A DNA stretch of 64,000 nucleotides from Vicugna vicugna (lineage: Eukaryota): contig MU058687.1 in assembly GCA_013265495.1 (NCBI GenBank), positions 806,001 to 870,000 of the forward strand, read 5' to 3'. The position numbers and the translations under genes are program-made. This document shows, in pieces, positions 60,918-64,000 of this stretch. The notes under the pieces were generated by a model. It had not been told where the DNA came from, did not search any database, and saw only the letters and a list, made by a program, of their open reading frames with translations. Position 1 is the first letter of the stretch. Every line of letters starts with the position of its first letter.

Positions 60918-62061
60918 CTGTGGGGCCACCAAAACAGAGTCAGCAGAGGGTGCTCAGAGTGGGACTATTCACAGAGCCGCTTTGATGGTCCTGCCCTCCA
61001 CAGGCAGGACCTGGAGGAAAACTGCCAGGCCAGGCACTGTCCCCCATCCCTAGGGAGGCCGCGTGGCCCAGGGGCGGGCACCTTGGGATCCTTCACATCT
61101 AAGATTGAATCCTGACTCTGCCATTCTCTGCGTGACCTTGGGAAACCTGAGCCATCTGTGCAAATGGAAATAAGAATACCTGCCTAATGGAGTTGCACTG
61201 AGGATTAAACGAGACAGAGACATAGAGCCCTTGACATGAAGAAGGCACTCCACTGGACGGGGATCACGAAGATGATCAAAAAGCAAGTCCAGAGTGGTTC
61301 AGTCACTTGCCAAGGCTGAACAAGGCTGAACAATAAGTAAGTGCCAGAGCCAGACTCAAACCTGAGTTGGCCCAACTCTAAGTCAGGCTCCAACTCCACG
61401 TGGCCTCTCACCAAAAAATAATCACCACGGCCCTTGCCAACAAGTGCTGATAATCCAAGAGAAGCTGGAAAACACACATAATAGACTTAAGGACGTACAG
61501 AGGCATCGCCCGCCAACAAATGCTGGGAGGAGCCTGAGCCCTCAGGCAGGTTGGTGCATGGTGAGACTGAGCACTGAGTGGGAGATGGAAAGAACCGGGG
61601 CTCCAGAATCTCTTTTTCAGAGGTGTTTAGAAGCTTGCAAGCTGGTAGGAAGATGGGGCTGGGAACTTGGGTTAAGCTGCCTCTGCGGGGCAACACAATT
61701 TTTATTTAGGTGGGCTGATGGAACTTTGTTGATGGGGGAGGGTCCTTCCCCCAGCTACTCCTTGGTGCTGGTACCAAGGGCACCCACAGGAGACACTACC
61801 CTGCAGATGCTACCGGGGCCGCTAACCCAACTCACCCAAACCCTGCCCTCAGGTGTCCAGTAAGGTCCCTGCAGCACCAGTAGCCTTCACCTATACTGAC
61901 TCTCAATCTAAAGACCCAAATGCCCAGAACAGGGGACTTCCCAAGAAGGGCTTGTCTTGGAGAGGACCTCTGGGGCCCTGACTCCTTGGCTCAGGCTAGA
62001 CCTGTCTCTAGCATCACAGACCTCACCATTACCATCAGAAATTGTCTACCAAGCACACAAG

Positions 62062-62119
62062 TTTTAATAGAGGTAGTGGGGATTGAACCCAGGACCTCAT
62101 GCTTGCTAAGCATGCGCTC
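62062..62119 (-). mobile_element. Truncated Vic-1-like SINE
   Basis: ttttaatagaggtagtggggattgaacccaggacctcatgcttgctaagcatgcgctc. Confidence 0.8.
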
Positions 62120-63304
62120 GGGGTGAGTGGGGTGGCAGAGGCACAGAGCCAGAGAGTGGGAGCAAAGGACATACCAGGGGGCCATTCCTGTGACATCTGT
62201 GGCCAGCATGTGAGCATCTGGTCCCGCTTAGGAGTTTGTTTGACATTTGTGTGGACCCCAAAGCTTGTGTGGTTTTTGAAACCTTTGAAACATTCAAAAT
62301 AAATTCCTGCAGCTTGAAAAAGCTGAGACCCATTCCTGGTCCTTTGGCCCAAAGCTGTGGGGAGCTGCCTCCCAAGGAGCTCCCAGAATGTTCTCCCGGC
62401 CAAGGGCTGTGCCATTCCAGCCCCCTCGAAGCCTGTCTGGACTGCTGCCTTCAGCAGCTTCTTTGGTTCCATGAAACCCTCCTCCCCATCAGGGCCCAGG
62501 TCACTGGATTCTGGGGAAGGGGCTGGTCCTCATGCCCAGGACTTCCGAGTGTGTGCCCTGGTGGGAGGAAGAAACTTCCCACCCATTTGTAAGTCATCAC
62601 CCCATGTGGTGCTGACAATGAATCTTAGAGGGCTGGGAGGTCTTTGAGAGGAAACAGTGCTACCTGGGAGTTTTCTAAGAACTGGAGTCTGTGGTAGTTT
62701 AGATAGCACTGACTGATGGGCCTGCCTGGCTGAGAGGTCATGGTGTGGAGCCCAGCTCAAGGAGGCCCTGAGCCAGCTGTCACCCTAGGTGCTCTTAGGA
62801 TGGTGATGGAGCTAACCATAGGAGGGCAACAGCTTGGTCTGCCCTGTCTGCCCATGGTAGAGCCCTTGAGGCCATTGGGGCCACAGTGAGAACCTCAGAA
62901 TCAAAGGCTGCCGGGCAGTGGGGTGCCAGATTCGGGCTAAGAGGGTACTCAAGAGAGATGCAGGTACCCAGTGGAGGCCCAATTAGAGTCTTGAGTACAG
63001 GCCTGGGGAGGTGTCTAGCTGGGAGATGACTATTCACTGTGCTCTGGCTAGCTGGAGAGAGCAAATGAGCCTAACTAGCCTAACTATCAGGGCAAATGAC
63101 TCAGTGGTTCTGACTCTCTGGAAGATACCACTCAGAGATTATATAAGTCCAACCTTCCAGGCAACACCACTCAGCAAACATTAGCCCAATATCCGGCATC
63201 ATTGCCCAACCCTTGGGGACACATCTGGCTAACAGCCCAGGACAGCTGCTGTTCCACCTGGAACAAATCTGATCATACTGGTCCTTTGTTAAGAACCTTT
63301 CAAA

Positions 63305-63401
63305 GGTTCAATCCCCACTACCTCCATTAAAATAAACAAACAAACAAACCTAATTACCTTCCCCCTCCACACACACACACACATACACACACACACACAC
63401 A
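63305..63401 (+). mobile_element. 5'-truncated Vic-1-like SINE with (CA)n tail
   Basis: ggttcaatccccactacctccattaaaataaacaaacaaacaaacctaattaccttccccctcc followed by (CA)n. Confidence 0.8.
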
Positions 63402-63404
63402 AAC

Positions 63405-63850
63405 CTCTTAAGGCTCTCCATTGGCCTCTACAAAGCCAATCAGATCCCACCTGCCTGTGTAGTCTAATTGCCCCCATCTCCTCTCCCTTATCTCTGTGAC
63501 CATGCACAACCAAAGCTATGATCCTCCAAGGACAGAGGGTATACACGGGCACATTTTGATGCCTTTGCTTAAACTGCTCTCTCTGCCTAGAATGTCTTTC
63601 CTCTCCTCTTTGCCAACTGAAATCCTTGGCACACTCTAAGACTTCCAGATCAAATGTCACCTCCTTCATGTAAAACCTCCCCTGACACCTACCCAGCCCT
63701 CCCAATTCTCCATCTGCCACACCATTTAGTACTTGTTGATGTATGCACCTCCATCTTGAGAATCTTAAAGGTTCTTTCTTATTCCCCTTTGTGCCCTTAG
63801 CGTCTAACACAGTACCTGACATGTAGTATACATTCAACACTTCTTTGTTT
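63405..63850. mobile_element. L2 LINE 3' fragment
   Basis: tgcctagaatgtcttt...tcaaatgtcacctccttcatgtaaaacctcc...aacacagtacctgacatgtagta. Confidence 0.7.
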
Positions 63851-64000
63851 CACTTAATTCAGTGTTTCCAAAAAAGTGGATAAATGACATTGAGGGTAGG
63901 AAAGAGGGTTTTAGGTTTCCATAATCACAACATGCAACAATGCCGAATCACACAGTGAGAAAGTGATTCCTTTTTAAGTAATCTTTCTAGTCTGATTAAA

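Noticed and set aside
1..64000. CRISPR arrays, operons or other prokaryote-type novel systems
   Set aside because: The sequence is a spliced mammalian gene with eutherian repeats. No repeat-spacer array or compact gene cluster is present.

Overview
Mammalian genomic DNA, probably a camelid (inferred from five copies of a short tRNA-Ala-derived SINE resembling camelid Vic-1). The whole window lies inside LTBP2 (latent TGF-beta binding protein 2) on the minus strand. Nine coding exons were read with canonical GT-AG boundaries and consistent phases. They correspond to human exons ~2-10 and total 1475 nt of uninterrupted frame. They encode the N-terminal EGF-like domains, the KIKKIKI and RGD region, the first TB/hybrid 8-Cys domain and the first cbEGF domain. 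Exon 1 lies beyond the right edge and the 3' exons beyond the left edge. The rest is intron with typical eutherian repeats (L1, L2, MIR, MaLR/ERV1 LTRs, hAT MERs, microsatellites). The most notable non-coding structures are: a nested transposon stack built on a near full-length fossil hAT-Charlie transposase, an L1 with a twin-priming inversion, an intact solo ERV1 LTR, a short local duplication inserted into an L2, a 430-bp complex trinucleotide array with a (CAG)11 core, and several candidate enhancer motif clusters. I found no convincing evidence for a new biological system. Most ORFs in the supplied track are spurious. Repeat family names and human comparisons come from recalled consensus sequences, not database searches.
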